Shown here: in pieces, positions 43,395-58,011 of the stretch
How positions within the stretch are numbered: the first letter of the stretch is position 1
Layout of the letters: the number at the start of each line of letters is the position of its first letter
From: the human T2T-CHM13v2.0 reference genome, Homo sapiens
DNA length: 64,000 bases
Assembly (NCBI RefSeq): GCF_009914755.1
Contig: NC_060929.1
Reading direction: 5' to 3' (one strand)
Program-made: the position numbers and the translations under genes
Notes under the pieces: generated by a model
What the model was told of the DNA's origin: nothing
Database searches by the model: none
The model's input: only the letters and a program-made list of their open reading frames with translations

Positions 43395-43632
43395 TCAGTG
43401 AAAATACAGATTCAGGATCTGAAAGTCTGAATCCTTCACTCGTATGCTGTGATACCTTGGGAAAGTTACTGAATTTTTCTGCGATTTATTTTCTTTTATG
43501 TAAACCAAGCTGGGTGGGGATTAGTGCCCTTTGTTTTATGTACTTCACATAATTATTTGAAGATTAAATAATTGTTAAGTGTTTGAAATAGCACCTGGCA
43601 TATACTAAGCACCCTGTTCACGTTTGCCATCA
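43395..43632 (+). mobile_element. MIR
   Basis: CTGTGATACCTTGGGAAAGTTACT..GAAGATTAAATAA..ATAGCACCTGGCATATACTAAGCAC. Confidence 0.75.
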
Positions 43633-43811
43633 CAGAAGAGTAAGTTTTGTGTCATTATTTATTTTAAATAATATAATATAAAAGTGAGAAACCATTTGCT
43701 ATCATCTGTGACATGTCCAAATCTGGCATGTTAGTGGCACATAGCCATGACTTGACACCACTAAAATTCCTGTTTTTAAAGGCATGTTCACAAGTTCATT
43801 AACAATCATGA

Positions 43812-44162
<351 letters not shown>

Positions 44163-46479
44163 TCAGTGTTTTTTACTGAAAATTTTATATGAAATAGAAT
44201 GTAAGTGCTAGGAGACACAAATTCCCAATCTGATCACCAACTTACTTAACAAATCTAACTCATTTATTATAAACACAGAGATGGAAACTATAACTACAAA
44301 AATGACAAAGAAGGATGTTATATACTGCCACTTATTTCAAGCTTCTAGGCTAAATGGGCTACAATTCTGATTCATGCGAGAAATTTCAAGAGAACAGTCT
44401 CCGAAGATGAAAAATATGCCAAAAGCTTTTCTCACTTATGATATGCCATTGAGAGGATAAACAGTCCATGGTGTATTAATTTTCGATGGTTGTAACATAG
44501 ATGTTTGTTAGCCAAACTGGGATTTAATGCCCATTAGAGGTGATAGATTAATGGTTCTGAAACATCACATCATCTGTGTATTCATAGAGAAGGTAATGAA
44601 GGTAATAGCTTTCATCTATTCTATATAACGCATCTTGTATACAAGTATCCCAGAGTTGTTTATACACTACATTATATCCTATTTTCTTGGTTTACTGATT
44701 TTTAAAAAAACTATTTTGTTTTACTATTTCTGGTGATTATTTTCAGCAGCAGATATCAAAAACATTTCCAAGCCATTCCTGCTTATGATAATTATTCCTC
44801 CTTTTGCCAAAATATATTGGCATTACTTATGAAATATTTACTACATGAAGACCATGTATTACATATATTAGTAATCTTTCTTTCCGATTTTTATAATGTA
44901 TCATTCTCAAATTTAAGTTGCCATTGGTTCTGATTAATATCATTATTGTACATAGTGTTAAAAATAAAGGGAACAAACACCAACGTCATCAATTAAAACC
45001 AAACAAGCTGTAAAATATAGGACACATTCATGTTTCTGATGAAGTGTGAAAACATTTGGATTGCAAAATTGATAAAGTATATTATTTGATTTTTCAGAAT
45101 CATGGTAAAATGATTATTTTAGAATTATTCATAGCAGTTCCTAAAATTCCTGCTTGTCTGTGCAAGTCCTATAATTAGGTTAAACTTACATTATTCTGCA
45201 CAAAATAAACAGGTAAATGTTTGTCGTGTAGGGATGGAGAAAACAGGCATATTGTCAAACATTTTCTAGACCAGACAACTTTATAACACTAAGCGTTTAG
45301 AGTATATTTAGACTTATGAACATTGAACTAAAATTCGTTAAGTCTCAACTGAAAAAATTTCAGCAAATATTATCTCTTTTGGACTCCAAGTTAAGTTATT
45401 CTAGGAAGTAATGATATGCAATGACCATAAACTAACAAACCCTTGGTTTGGGTTCTTCTAATACTGCATTTTATCACAAAAGGGACTATATTTAGTTTAT
45501 CCTAAATCCCACACTTTTTGGTATGATTAACTGAGTTCAAATGCTATGTTTGAGAAGTGTGTATGTACATGTATCTTTGTAAAGAAGTACATGGGAAGAA
45601 GGAGAGGAAATTTCCAAATACAATAAATACAATCTTGCTACATGCTTTAAATATAATGTGAGTGTGAGGGGCCCAGAAGTTAGTTGACAAACATTTGCAG
45701 GGATTAAATTAGAATAATGTAGTTCTTGTCAATTATAGGTAGGATGATAAGAGAGTAAGAGAAGAAAATGTGGATTTTGTTATGATTTTTAGTGCATGAA
45801 AGGAAAAATCCTATTGCCCTTCAAGAATAAAACTAGACCAAAAACTTTTTGTTAACTACTTAATCAAGTAGTTAACTTGATTCTATAACTTTACGTTGCA
45901 CAGAACCTACACATTCTATCGAAAACTACCAGTCTAGAGATGCCCAACTCATAAAACCAGAGATGGCTTATAACAAGACTATTCAACGAAGGTGATGTGA
46001 GAGACTAAGGTGAAGTGATGTGATCGGTTTTGGCTAAATGAGACATAAGCAGGTTCAGCTGGCTTTGCTTGGGGTTTATACCCAGAAATATGGAAGGAAA
46101 ACATATGGTTTGGAGAAGCATATTAAATCAGGTATATCTTAATAAAAATTTTTTTGAACTATGCTAGTCATCAGTGCTACCTCTGACCCTAAAAGCTTAG
46201 CTTTCCAGGGCCCGCCATATATCCATAAAATAAGATTACAAACTGCTTGAGAAAGTCAGCATGATCTTTTGTAGCAACACACAGTGTGTTCTCAGAACAT
46301 TGACAGATAATACAAATATATATAAGTAACAAAACAAGATATGAATCCTGTGTTCCAAGAACTTTATGCTTCCAGAGGAAGGGCAAAACTAAAAGCATGA
46401 AGTATAAAACACTTTTAATAAAAAATACAAAATATTCTGATATACTTTGTTTAATATTTATTTATATATTCTGTGTGAG

Positions 46480-46900
46480 TTTAGAAGGATAGGGATCAAC
46501 AAAGATTACAGCATTTATATTTTCATGGGAATAAATGAGACAGAGGTGAGATTTAAATGGTATATGATAGAGATAACAATGGAGAGAAAAGCATTCTTGA
46601 TAATGATGTGATGGTCATTGAATGGCAGTTTATGGGGCAGTGTGGAGACCCTCATGAATGAACACATTAGAAATCAGGGTAAAATGAAGACGATGAGGTT
46701 AGGGAGTATTTTTGTCTAAAAACCAAGCGACAAGTTTAGGCTGGTGAAGTAGTAGCTAAAAGGCTTTTAAAGCTTTATTTGTTCATTTCTGTGTTTATGC
46801 CTTTAGAAGAAAAACTGTTGCATGATAAAAGCCATATTTTAAGAAGGTTCACCGCTGACAACTAGGCTTCTATCTTATTATGAAGAGTCAGGATTGCAAA
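46480..46900 (-). mobile_element. L2 remnant
   Basis: Purine-rich antisense L2-like (GAGGTGAGATTTAA..GAAAAGCATTCTTG..AAGCGACAAGTTTAGGCT). Confidence 0.45.
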
Positions 46901-47895
46901 GGTGAAGAAAGCTTTGGTGCTGAAATGAGGTATTAATCTTATCATCAAGATTATGCCCCCAATTAGCTAGCCAATTAGTTGCCCCATAAGTGATCCCTAT
47001 TTGTTTTAAGGGACTCGACAATACATTCACTCCACTGATTCTCCTTTTCCTAGATTCTAGGTCTTTCTTCTACTATTTCTATGGTAAGAAATCATCCATC
47101 TGATTTTAGATTTTTGTGATGCCACAGGTTGGACTTTGAAATCTGTGAGCTTTGATTGTTGAGATTAATCACTACCTCCAGTTGGATCCTTTTGACCAAA
47201 CACTTGCCTGTTATATTCTTATACTGTTATCTTTCATATACTCCACGCTATCTTTAGGAATAAGACCTGAACCTTTCCAGTTTCAGCACCTCCATAACAC
47301 TGCCCTTTCTTGTTGGAATAACTTAATTTGTCCCAGTTTTCCCATCAGACACTCTCACTTCTTAATATAAACATAATGGCTGTATTTTTAAAGTTTAAAC
47401 TATTCTTTAAATGACAAAAAATGGAGCTATCTTGAGAAGAAAAATATTCTAGCCGAAAAGAAAACTATATGGCAAATTCTACTGTAACAATAGAATTGAA
47501 TTAAGCACAGGGTCCACATGTAATTTGTGGTGCAAATGTAATTTTGGCGAGTAGATATGTATGTGATCATAATTTTGTTTTGCTAATGAACATTCCCTTT
47601 CTGATGATATTACAGGCATGGATGGAATGAATATGCCATATACCCCTATATCAAAGAATTTAGAGAAGGATGCACTCATAGACTGCTGCTACTGGTGAAA
47701 ACTTAGTATGCCAATAAGAGACACTGCTGCTGGGGAGTTCTGTGTATAGTTTGTCTCAGAAAAACAAGTCCAAATGGGCAATAAATTTCAACCTTATGCC
47801 TTCTGAAATGGCTAGATCACTAAGCTGTTTTACTCATCCAGGGAAAGTTATGTCAATTTTGATAGGGAGGCAAAGTAGCAATTTTAAATTATACT

Positions 47896-48038
47896 TAGGG
47901 TGACAATGTAGTTTATATTTTCACCTGGGAATTTTTTTAGAGTATTAAGTGTGAATAATTAATTATATATTTATTTCAGAACAACAGGCATAGATATCTA
48001 AGACAGTCCTGGTAGAATAAGGGTATATTATCATACTA
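47896..48038 (+). mobile_element. MER94-like hAT-Blackjack MITE
   Basis: TAGGGTGAC start; ACAACAGGCATA..GACAGTCCTGG; degenerate TATCATACTA end. Confidence 0.65.
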
Positions 48039-48143
48039 CTTATACTGCATCTGAATGACTGATTAAAAGAATACTTAGATGATGGTCATTAATGAAATAG
48101 CATTAGATCCAGTGGACAAATCTTACAGAAATGATTATATTTA

Positions 48144-48551
<408 letters not shown>

Positions 48552-48747
48552 TCAGCATATGTATCATTTACTGATCTTCAAAGCTAATTCATAGTATTTA
48601 TCTCTTTATGTAAACTTTACATACAATGAAAAGCTCAAATATTAACTGTATGTTGGCTAAGTATTGACAGATGCTCAATAGTAAATGTATGCTTAAATGT
48701 TCAAATATTAAACATATATTGCTCAAATATTAAATGTATATTGGCTA

Positions 48748-49103
48748 AGCTTCCTGGCGCCATGATGTTCCCCAGTGCCAGCTGTCAAAGCTGCTTGCAG
48801 GACGCCTGGTCCAGCCACAGCCTCACAGGGAGTCAACGCCCGTGCCAGCACCTGGAGCTGCCCGTCCTGCCACAACCAGCATGCCTGGTTGTGCACAGTG
48901 GTGAGACCCCATGCTCATTCGCTCACACATCCTTTGCTGCTACACTCACCATTGCCAGGCATGGGATTCAGGCTGGTGGCATGAGCTGAGCGCAGGTTGC
49001 CAGACTGAGTGGGCCCAGCAGACCCAAGCAAAACTCAGGCAAAAGTGCCACTGGCCACAGAGGTTTTCAGCTGTTGAAGTGACAACCCAAGGATCCCGTT
49101 ACA
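48748..49103 (+). mobile_element. MER52-like ERV1 LTR, 3' portion only
   Basis: GC-rich; ends GTGCCACTGGCCACAGAGGTTT..CCCAAGGATCCCGTTACA. Confidence 0.75.
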
Positions 49104-50030
49104 GTAACACAATGATATTTGTGTATCTAAACATACAAAAGTCACAGTATGAATATGATATAAAAGGTGAAAAAATATATACTTGTATAAAACACCATAA
49201 ATAAAGCATTCAGGACTAGAAGTTGCTCTGAGTGAGTTAGTGAGTGGTAGTGAGTGACTATGAAGGCCTAAGATATTACTGAGCACTAACTTTATATTTC
49301 ATAAACACTGTACACTGGCTACACTAAATCTAGTTTTAAAAATTCTTTAGTAATAAATTAACCTTACCTTACTATAACTTTGGTACTTTATAATTTTTAA
49401 AAATATTTCTAACTTTTTCACTCTATTTTAATAACAGAGCTTAAAACACAAACACATCGTACAGCTGGACAAAAATGTTTTCTTTCTTTATATCTTTATA
49501 TAAGGCTTTTCCTATTTGTATTTCTTTTTTTTTTTTGCTTTTTAAAATTTTTTGTTAAAAACTAAGACACAAACACACACTTTAGCCAAAGCCTATACAA
49601 GGTCAAGATCATCAGGACATTACTAGGGGACAGGAATTTTTTTTTTTTAGAGTGAGACAGAGTCTCACTCTGTCGCCCAGGCTGGAGTGCAGTGGCACGA
49701 TATCGGCTTACTGCAAGCTCCACCTCCAGGGTTCAGGCCATTCTCCGCCTCAGCCTCCCGAGTAGCTGAGACTACAGGTGCCCGCCACCATGCCCGGCTA
49801 ATTTTTTTTTTTTTTTTGTATTTTTAGTAGAGAGGGAGTTTTACCGTGTTAGCCAGGATGGTCTCCATCTCCTCACCTTGTGATCCACCCGCCTCCCAAA
49901 GTGCTGGGATTACAGGCGTGAGCCACCGCACCTGGCCAGGAATTTTTTATCTCCATTGTAATCCTACCGGTTCACTGTGATATATGCTGTCCATCATTAA
50001 CTGAAACATTGGTATGTGGTACATGACTAT
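49104..50030 (+). mobile_element. Tigger3 (Golem)-like DNA transposon, left end missing, AluY inserted
   Basis: GGACTAGAAGTTGCTCTGAGTGAGTTAGTGAG; AAAACTAAGACACAAACACACAC; ends GAAACATTGGTATGTGGTACATGACT. Confidence 0.85.
49637..49937 (-). mobile_element. AluY
   Basis: GCAAGCTCC, CCATTCTCC, GTTAGCCAGGATGG; TSD AGGAATTTTT. Confidence 0.95.
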
Positions 50031-50606
50031 ATTAATTTGCTTCATAGCTTCTGATATTTGACATTGAATATTAAAAGTTGTTAACCTTAAAGAAGAGAAA
50101 TATAATATGATAAAGGAAGCATTTAAGCATCCTGTTTAAGTATTTTTATTTTTCTGAAAGAAAATCTCTCCATTTGAATAATTCCAAGTTTCAATGTTTG
50201 AATATAGAGAAAAGCAATTTTCACATATTCTTTCAATAACACATTTTTCGCCAGAATCCTACATTTAATTTCAGATATTTGCAAACAGAATTGTTTTCTG
50301 TTAACTTTATTTTTCTTGTGTGCCTATTATGGTTATTTCTGAAAGAGTACAAAACATTTTCTTCAGGATATCTCTACATGCATGTGTGGATATTTATTTC
50401 TCGTGGCCATAACTAGTATTAACTTCACAATATTCCAAATGTCAGTTTTCTATTTTAGACCTACAGCAAACAGTTCTTAATTATGATCAATTTTAGACAA
50501 TGGAAGGTCACTGATAAATGGCAATAAGAGTTGTCATATTTTATGAGAAACACTTTACATGAATTATCTCATTTAGTTCTCACAATAACCTTAGGAAATT
50601 AAAATG

Positions 50607-50909
50607 GTGTTGTTGTTGTTACTTTGTTTTTGAGACAGAGTCTAGCTCTGTCACCCAGGCTGGAGTCCAATGGCACCATCTCGGCTGATGCAACCTCTGC
50701 CTCCCGGGTTTAAGCAATTCTCCCACCCCAGCCTCCCGAGCAGCTGGGATCATAGGCGTGCACCACCACACCAGGCTCATTTTTGCATTTTTTAGTAGCA
50801 ACTTTTGCCATGTTGGCCAGGCTGGTCTGGAACTCCTGACCTCAAGTGATCTGCCCTCCTCGGCATCCCAAAGTGCTGGGATTACAGGCATGAGCCACAG
50901 TCCCTGGCC
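50607..50909 (-). mobile_element. AluSx/Sz-like
   Basis: Dimer with (GTT)n tail; GACCTCAAGTGATC. Confidence 0.94.
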
Positions 50910-50971
50910 TTAAAACTGTTTTCAAGACACTTTTCCAAATGAAACAATTGACACTAACGAAAGATGAAGTA

Positions 50972-51275
50972 GGCTGGTGCAGTGGCTCATTTCAGTGATC
51001 TCATCACTTTGGGAGTCTATGACAGGAGGATCGTTTGTGACCATAATTTTGAAACCCAGACTAAGGAACATAGTGAGACCCTGACACTACAAAAAAATTT
51101 AAAAATTAGCCAAGTGTGGTGATACATGCTTATAGTCCTAGGTATTTGAGAGGCTGAGGAGGGAGGATCTCTTGAACCCAGGAGTTCAAGGCTGCAGTGA
51201 GCTGTGATCGCACCACTCCACTCTAGCCTGGGAGACAATGAAACTGTACCTCAAAAAAGCAATAATAACAAAAAA
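50972..51275 (+). mobile_element. AluJ (Jo/Jr-like)
   Basis: CATAGTGAGACCC, GGAGGATC, CAGGAGTTCAAGGCTGCAGTGAGCTGTGATC; TSD ~AA(G/A)ATGAAG. Confidence 0.92.
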
Positions 51276-51318
51276 TGAAGCAACTGTCCCAATGATACAC
51301 AATATATCTCTAAGATTA

Positions 51319-51765
<447 letters not shown>

Positions 51766-51999
51766 TTAGTGTTCTTAAAGAATATGTATTAAATTTGGCA
51801 TTTATAGAGACAGAGAGAAAATGTATGTAAGAAAGAAAATGAGCCTTAGGAATGTTATATGAACTGATATTAAGGTTATAGTCACATTCATGGAGACAAT
51901 AACATATCAATAATCAGATGTATGTGGGAGAGAATCATATTGAAGAGACTACATTAGTAATAAATGTCTCAGTCCTGATAAGGGTAATAAATTCCTGCC

Positions 52000-52150
52000 A
52001 AATTGGGTTAGGCATAAGTATTCCCATTTTAAAGATGAGAAAATTAAGGTACAGGGGTGTTCATAAAGCTGATCAAGGTTACACAGATAGATGAAGTTGA
52101 GCTCTGAGATATGACTCTCTAACCCCAAAGTCGATGCTTTCATTCACTTA
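52000..52150 (-). mobile_element. MIR remnant
   Basis: CCCATTTTAAAGATGAGAAAATTAAGG..CAAGGTTACACAG. Confidence 0.7.
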
Positions 52151-53148
52151 TGCCCTACATACAAAGATATTTGAATTGAAATTACATTTTTTAAAGTTTT
52201 GAATTTTCTCGGATTGCCCCTGTTCTTTAGCTACAAAAATTGCAAATAGGAAAACTAAAAATTAATTTTTTCCTACTGAATTCTGAAAGTCTAAGTGATT
52301 CTATAACAATAGGGTTAGCTTCAGGAAGTGAAATTGTTAAAGGCTTGTTTGGAAAAAATATGAAAATTCAGTCGCACTTCCCTAAGAATTAGAGATCAGA
52401 ATCACAGTTTGCCATGCTGAGAATCTTTTGGCCAAGCTTTGCTCAAATGCAAGGTAACTTATCTTTAAGCAGCTGTGAATACACTGGGATTATCATTTGT
52501 GCTGAATTTCATGGCAGTTTAAATGGAATTTCAGCACTTAGGAAAAGAAAGTCATTGACAAGATTTATCAGAATATATTTCTCTTTACATATCATAAATA
52601 AATTTCCCATCATCTTCAGTCTCATAGCCAGAAGAATGCCATTCTGAATTTGGTTTTGATTTGGATGTGGATGCTAATTTTCTGTATAAAAATTAGTAAC
52701 TAGTGGTACTTTGTATTACTCAACATATTTGCTTCCCACAAATTTACTTCCAACAATTCTCTGGTGCTATATAGTAAAAGAAATAGAAATTCTCAAACAA
52801 ACTGATGACTACCTCTTGATAACCCCTATTTTTTAATTAGAGGTTGAGATATGATTAATGAAAATGGCAGTTTGTTTCTTTTACTAAAATTTAATAGCTG
52901 GAACTAATGGTAATTTCAGGTCCCTGCTGCTGTTTTGGCTACTGGAACACATCAGAAATAGAAAAACTCCAAAAAGTCAGCTTTGTAAGACATCTTTATT
53001 GTGGGAATCAGAAGCTACTTTTCAAAAGCATACATTATGAATACTCTTCTTTTTATGTATGTGACAGTGGGAGTTATTTAATTGTTGGATTAAAAAACAC
53101 TTCATGTAGACCTACAATTTTATGCTTCTTATTCACTGGTTGTGTTAG

Positions 53149-53537
<389 letters not shown>

Positions 53538-55526
53538 TTATATTGTTCTTTCCACAAGGAGACTTCTGTCTTCTTAAATATTATTATTACAATTAGTTAA
53601 AATAATTTTCTGTCAGCACTCATTATTTCATAATCCTATAATTATCAAGTTTTAACCAACTGTATTTTCACAGATTTTCTGATTGTAAATTGTTGCCAGC
53701 ATAGCATATAATGCTTTTGAAGAATACTTATTTATCATATCATGTTCTAACATCCTCTTTTGGAACTGGCATTAGTTATTACTCATTTTTTTTTTGGAAT
53801 GACAGTAAGGACTCAATAATCTGTCTCTAATGGACATCTCAGACAAACAATTTGATTGAACAAGATATATGGCATAGGGACTATAAGATATGGCTTGGGA
53901 GCCATAGTGACTTGTGAAGCGTTCTACAGGTGGCAAACCAGAATTTACTAGAGTTTATTTGGGTAATTTATACACATACCTCCCCATTGCTCCTTGGCTC
54001 TCCCAGTTGATATTAATTATTTCATCTTCTGCATTCACAGCATTCAGGGCATATTTGACATCTGAAGACTCATTGCGGCTTCAGATCAGGCCCTATTACT
54101 TGACTTTGGTAGACATTTTGCTGAAGGTAGAAATTAGTCTAAATTGAGATAAAACACCAATGGTTAAAATGTATATCATTAATTTTCATTTCATTAAATA
54201 ATTTTATTTTAACAGAAACCTCCAAGATATGAGAAAGGATTGTCTGGTATTTAAATTTCAGTCACTGTACTAAGGCATTAGCAAGAGAGAGATTAATAAT
54301 AATAACTTCTACTTATTTGTATTATACATTGCCCCCTCACCATTTTCCTAATTATAAAATATTACTTCTGGGAAAAATAATCTGTAATATAAATTTTAAA
54401 AGTATTTGAAATAGAATTCAATAAATATTTTACTGTGGATTCTGTTTGCCATTTCAGCTTGAGATTGCATCCTAAAAGGCGTTTGTTGAAATGTCAATGT
54501 TGTACAACTTGGTCTATGAACTTAATAATATAAAGCTTTATTGTATTGACAATGCCATTCCAACCTATTTACAGTTTCTTGTAGCTTATGTGTTTTTTAT
54601 TAAATAATTAGCCTTTTTAAGAAGTTTGCATTATTAGTTTCTAAAGTATGGTTTAGTGATGTCCCTTCATTATTGTTTCTTTAAGCTTGCATATAACACA
54701 TGGAAATGGATTGGGTGCATTATTTATGCTAGATGGGGAACAGTTAAGGGAAACATTCATAAATATCAAACAGGGGAAAGTAAGAAGAATGTGAAAACTC
54801 TCTGAGCAATCCAACCGTTGATTAGCTATAGAAGTCCAGCTCCTCTTCTGACTTTCAAAGCTTTGATAGGTCAGGGAGGACAGCAGGCTCCGCGATTAAG
54901 GTCATATAAGTGCACCTGCAAATTTTAAGGTACACGTGCTGTTGACAAATATATCTTCAAAGGTAGGAATATGGCTCTGAATCAGTATGCACTTACATGA
55001 AATAAAAGTACCAGGTTCAAATTGTGATTTTTTAATATTTAATGGTATTTGTATTTAAGAAATAACTATTGAGCACCTACTGTGCATAGGATAATTAAGG
55101 GAGAAACAAAAAAAAATCAATTTCAGCCAATTTATTTTGCTTATAGTAGAAACATAAATTTAAGACTATGAATAGGTTCAATTTACTCAAATATGCAAGA
55201 CACAATTCTTTGGCCAAGGCAATCTCCAGAGAAGTCCTTTTTTGTTTTAATATTTGATTATTTTTGCTTGATGTCTAAATTTTATCATAAAAAATATTAG
55301 CAAAATTGGAAACTCTACACTTCCCACTTTATTCAAACATTTTTAAATTTATTCTGAACATTAAAATGATATTTGTAAGCATTGTCTAATCTGATAATCT
55401 GTCAACAATTATTTAATAAAGAAAATTATTTAATATAAATTCCTCACAAAATGTTTCCAATATAAAATATTCGGAAACAATTTATTCATGGTTAAACTTT
55501 CTCATATTTCTAAATAAAAATGAACT

Positions 55527-55888
<362 letters not shown>

Positions 55889-56374
55889 TTAAAGTGGTAT
55901 ATGAATAATTATTTTACAAAGCGGGGTATATGAACAATTCTCAGGAAGCTCAGGAAATGGTAGGTTTGCAGTTTCCTCTTCTTGCTTCCTTACTCACGCT
56001 TGACTGAAAGTGAACTTTCAGGCTTTTAATTATCCTACGGCTTGAATTAAACCAGTGATAAATAGTTATTTAATTTGCTGTCAGCTTTAACTAACCTGAA
56101 GTGTGACAAAGCAATACAGAATTATCTATAGTAGCACCACTAAATCAGAGTAGCTGCTATTTAAAATCATGATGCTTTTTTATTGTACTACAGATGACTT
56201 ACATTTAAGTAGCAAACTATTTTCAATATTTGGCACAAATAAGATGATAATATTTATATATCGAATACTGTTAGTTGTCCAGGAAGCATATATTCATTAA
56301 TTTATTACTTCATGTAGTAAATAATTAATGAATCCTTCCCTTCATGGGCGGCTGATGCCATAGCATATAAAAAA

Positions 56375-56612
56375 TGATAGTGGCTTGTATTAATCTGGAA
56401 AACTGATGGGAAGTGATTGGGTTCCAGATGTATTTTGAAAGTATAGGTGTTAGAATTCATGGTTTAGTTATTGGGTATAAAAGACATAGAAACATCAAGG
56501 ATGACATCAAGATTTTTGCCCTAAGCAACTTAAAATAATATAATTGTCACTATCAAAGATGAGGAAGGTTGTGAAATGAACAGGTTTGGGGAGCTTATCA
56601 GGAATTCAATTG
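56375..56612 (-). mobile_element. L2 remnant
   Basis: GATGTATTTTGAAAG..TCAAGGATGACATCAAGATTTTTGCCCTAAGCAAC..CAGGTTTGGGG..TCAGGAATTCA. Confidence 0.75.
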
Positions 56613-57323
56613 ATCTAAAATAGTCATTACCACAACATATAATATGAAGTAATTTATTATTGTTTCTATTACATTTGAAAATTATTTTTAATGAAAATAT
56701 GCTTAGTAGTCATTTAAATATATTACATTTGCAGTTTCTAAGAATTGAAAGAGCAAAGAAAATGTAGTTTTAAGGTGAATGGATATATATTGTTTACAAT
56801 ACTGAGCCTGTAAAAATGGAAAATGCTTGCAAACATAAAAATCTAACACTAAAATTACTGTTATAAAAGATGACAATAACTTAGACATAAAACATTTTAT
56901 TTTTTCTAGTTTGACGAGTTTGAAATTAGCATTGCTTATAAAACCCCATATCTTCTGTATGAAATTTTATGAATACAATAATAGGAAAGGTGAAACTAAC
57001 CTTGACTACTAAGAGAGCAGTTTACATTTCTAAAGTTGTCATAGCTTCGCGTCTGACTTTTAGAATGTAGCTTGTGCTACTTTCAATGTATTTTTCTCGT
57101 TTCTTTGTTTACTGATAACATGGTCATTTTGAAAGAAACTCATTTGCTTCTCTGGTATCTCGGTATTTGTATAATATTCGTCAACTGCTTATGTCCTCTT
57201 TTCTTATTTTTATTTCCTATCCATATCTCACTACATTTTTGGTCCCTTAAGCTATTACATTTTTTCTGTACTCCTTGTTGGTTAATAATTCACCATTTGC
57301 ATTTGTCCTGCTTCCGCTTTCAG

Positions 57324-57374
57324 AACAAGACAAAGATATGAAGACATTTCTGAATTTTCAAAAACTGCCAAGAG
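57324..57374 (+). other. candidate 51-nt exon of an unidentified plus-strand transcript
   Basis: ttgtcctgcttccgctttcag|AACAAG...GCCAAGAG|gtaatg. Confidence 0.25.
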
Positions 57375-57549
57375 GTAATGATTACAGCATGCAGATTTAC
57401 ATAATTTAAAATATATAATAATTATAAATTATTAGGAGAATTCACTGTAACTTTTCATATTAATAGAATTATAATTATATAGTTATTTATTTGTCCAGGC
57501 TAAAATTCGTTGAAATACACAAAATAGCAGTCAGAAATTCAAGTGCTCT

Positions 57550-57959
57550 TGATGCAGGAGTTTTTGTTCCTTGGTTCAGCTAAAATCTCGGTTCTTGTCT
57601 CAGGACCAGCAAATGTTAGTCACATGGACACACTGAAGGGTGAGGAGGATGGCTTTACTGTATGAAAAGAAAGCTCTCAGCAAACGAAGAGGGGTCCTGG
57701 CAACAGGCTCCCACATCACAGACTGAATACCAGGCCACCACACAGGAGCTGAAGAGGCCAGGCTCATGCCCTTGCACAAGGCGCAAATTCCTGGTGGCTC
57801 CACCCCATTCTCCCAGTGCATGTGGGCCTCCAATCAGCATGCCCAGACAAGGCCCTGGGCAAGTTCCCTTACCTGCACAAAAACATGAAACATAAACACT
57901 TGTGGGGCGGGTCGGAGATTCTTCAGGGACCCTTCCTTATCTGCTTCCTGCATCTATCA
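57550..57959 (-). mobile_element. ERV1 solo LTR (MER48-like)
   Basis: TGATG...ATCA termini; 4-bp TSD CTCT (57546-57549, 57960-57963); GC-rich; family name tentative. Confidence 0.8.
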
Positions 57960-58011
57960 CTCTTGAGGGCAATAGGAAATGAACACGGACATTTGAGCAT
58001 GTATATCGGCT

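Larger units (their letters stand above)
50535..51305 (-). mobile_element. MIR split by two Alus
   Basis: CACTTTACATGAATTATCTCATTTAGTTCTCACAATAACC (50550-50590); continues at 50910-50970 and 51276-51305. Confidence 0.65.

Noticed and set aside
48748-49103. GC-rich patch with overlapping ORFs as a CpG island or exon
   Set aside because: Explained by a MER52-like LTR.
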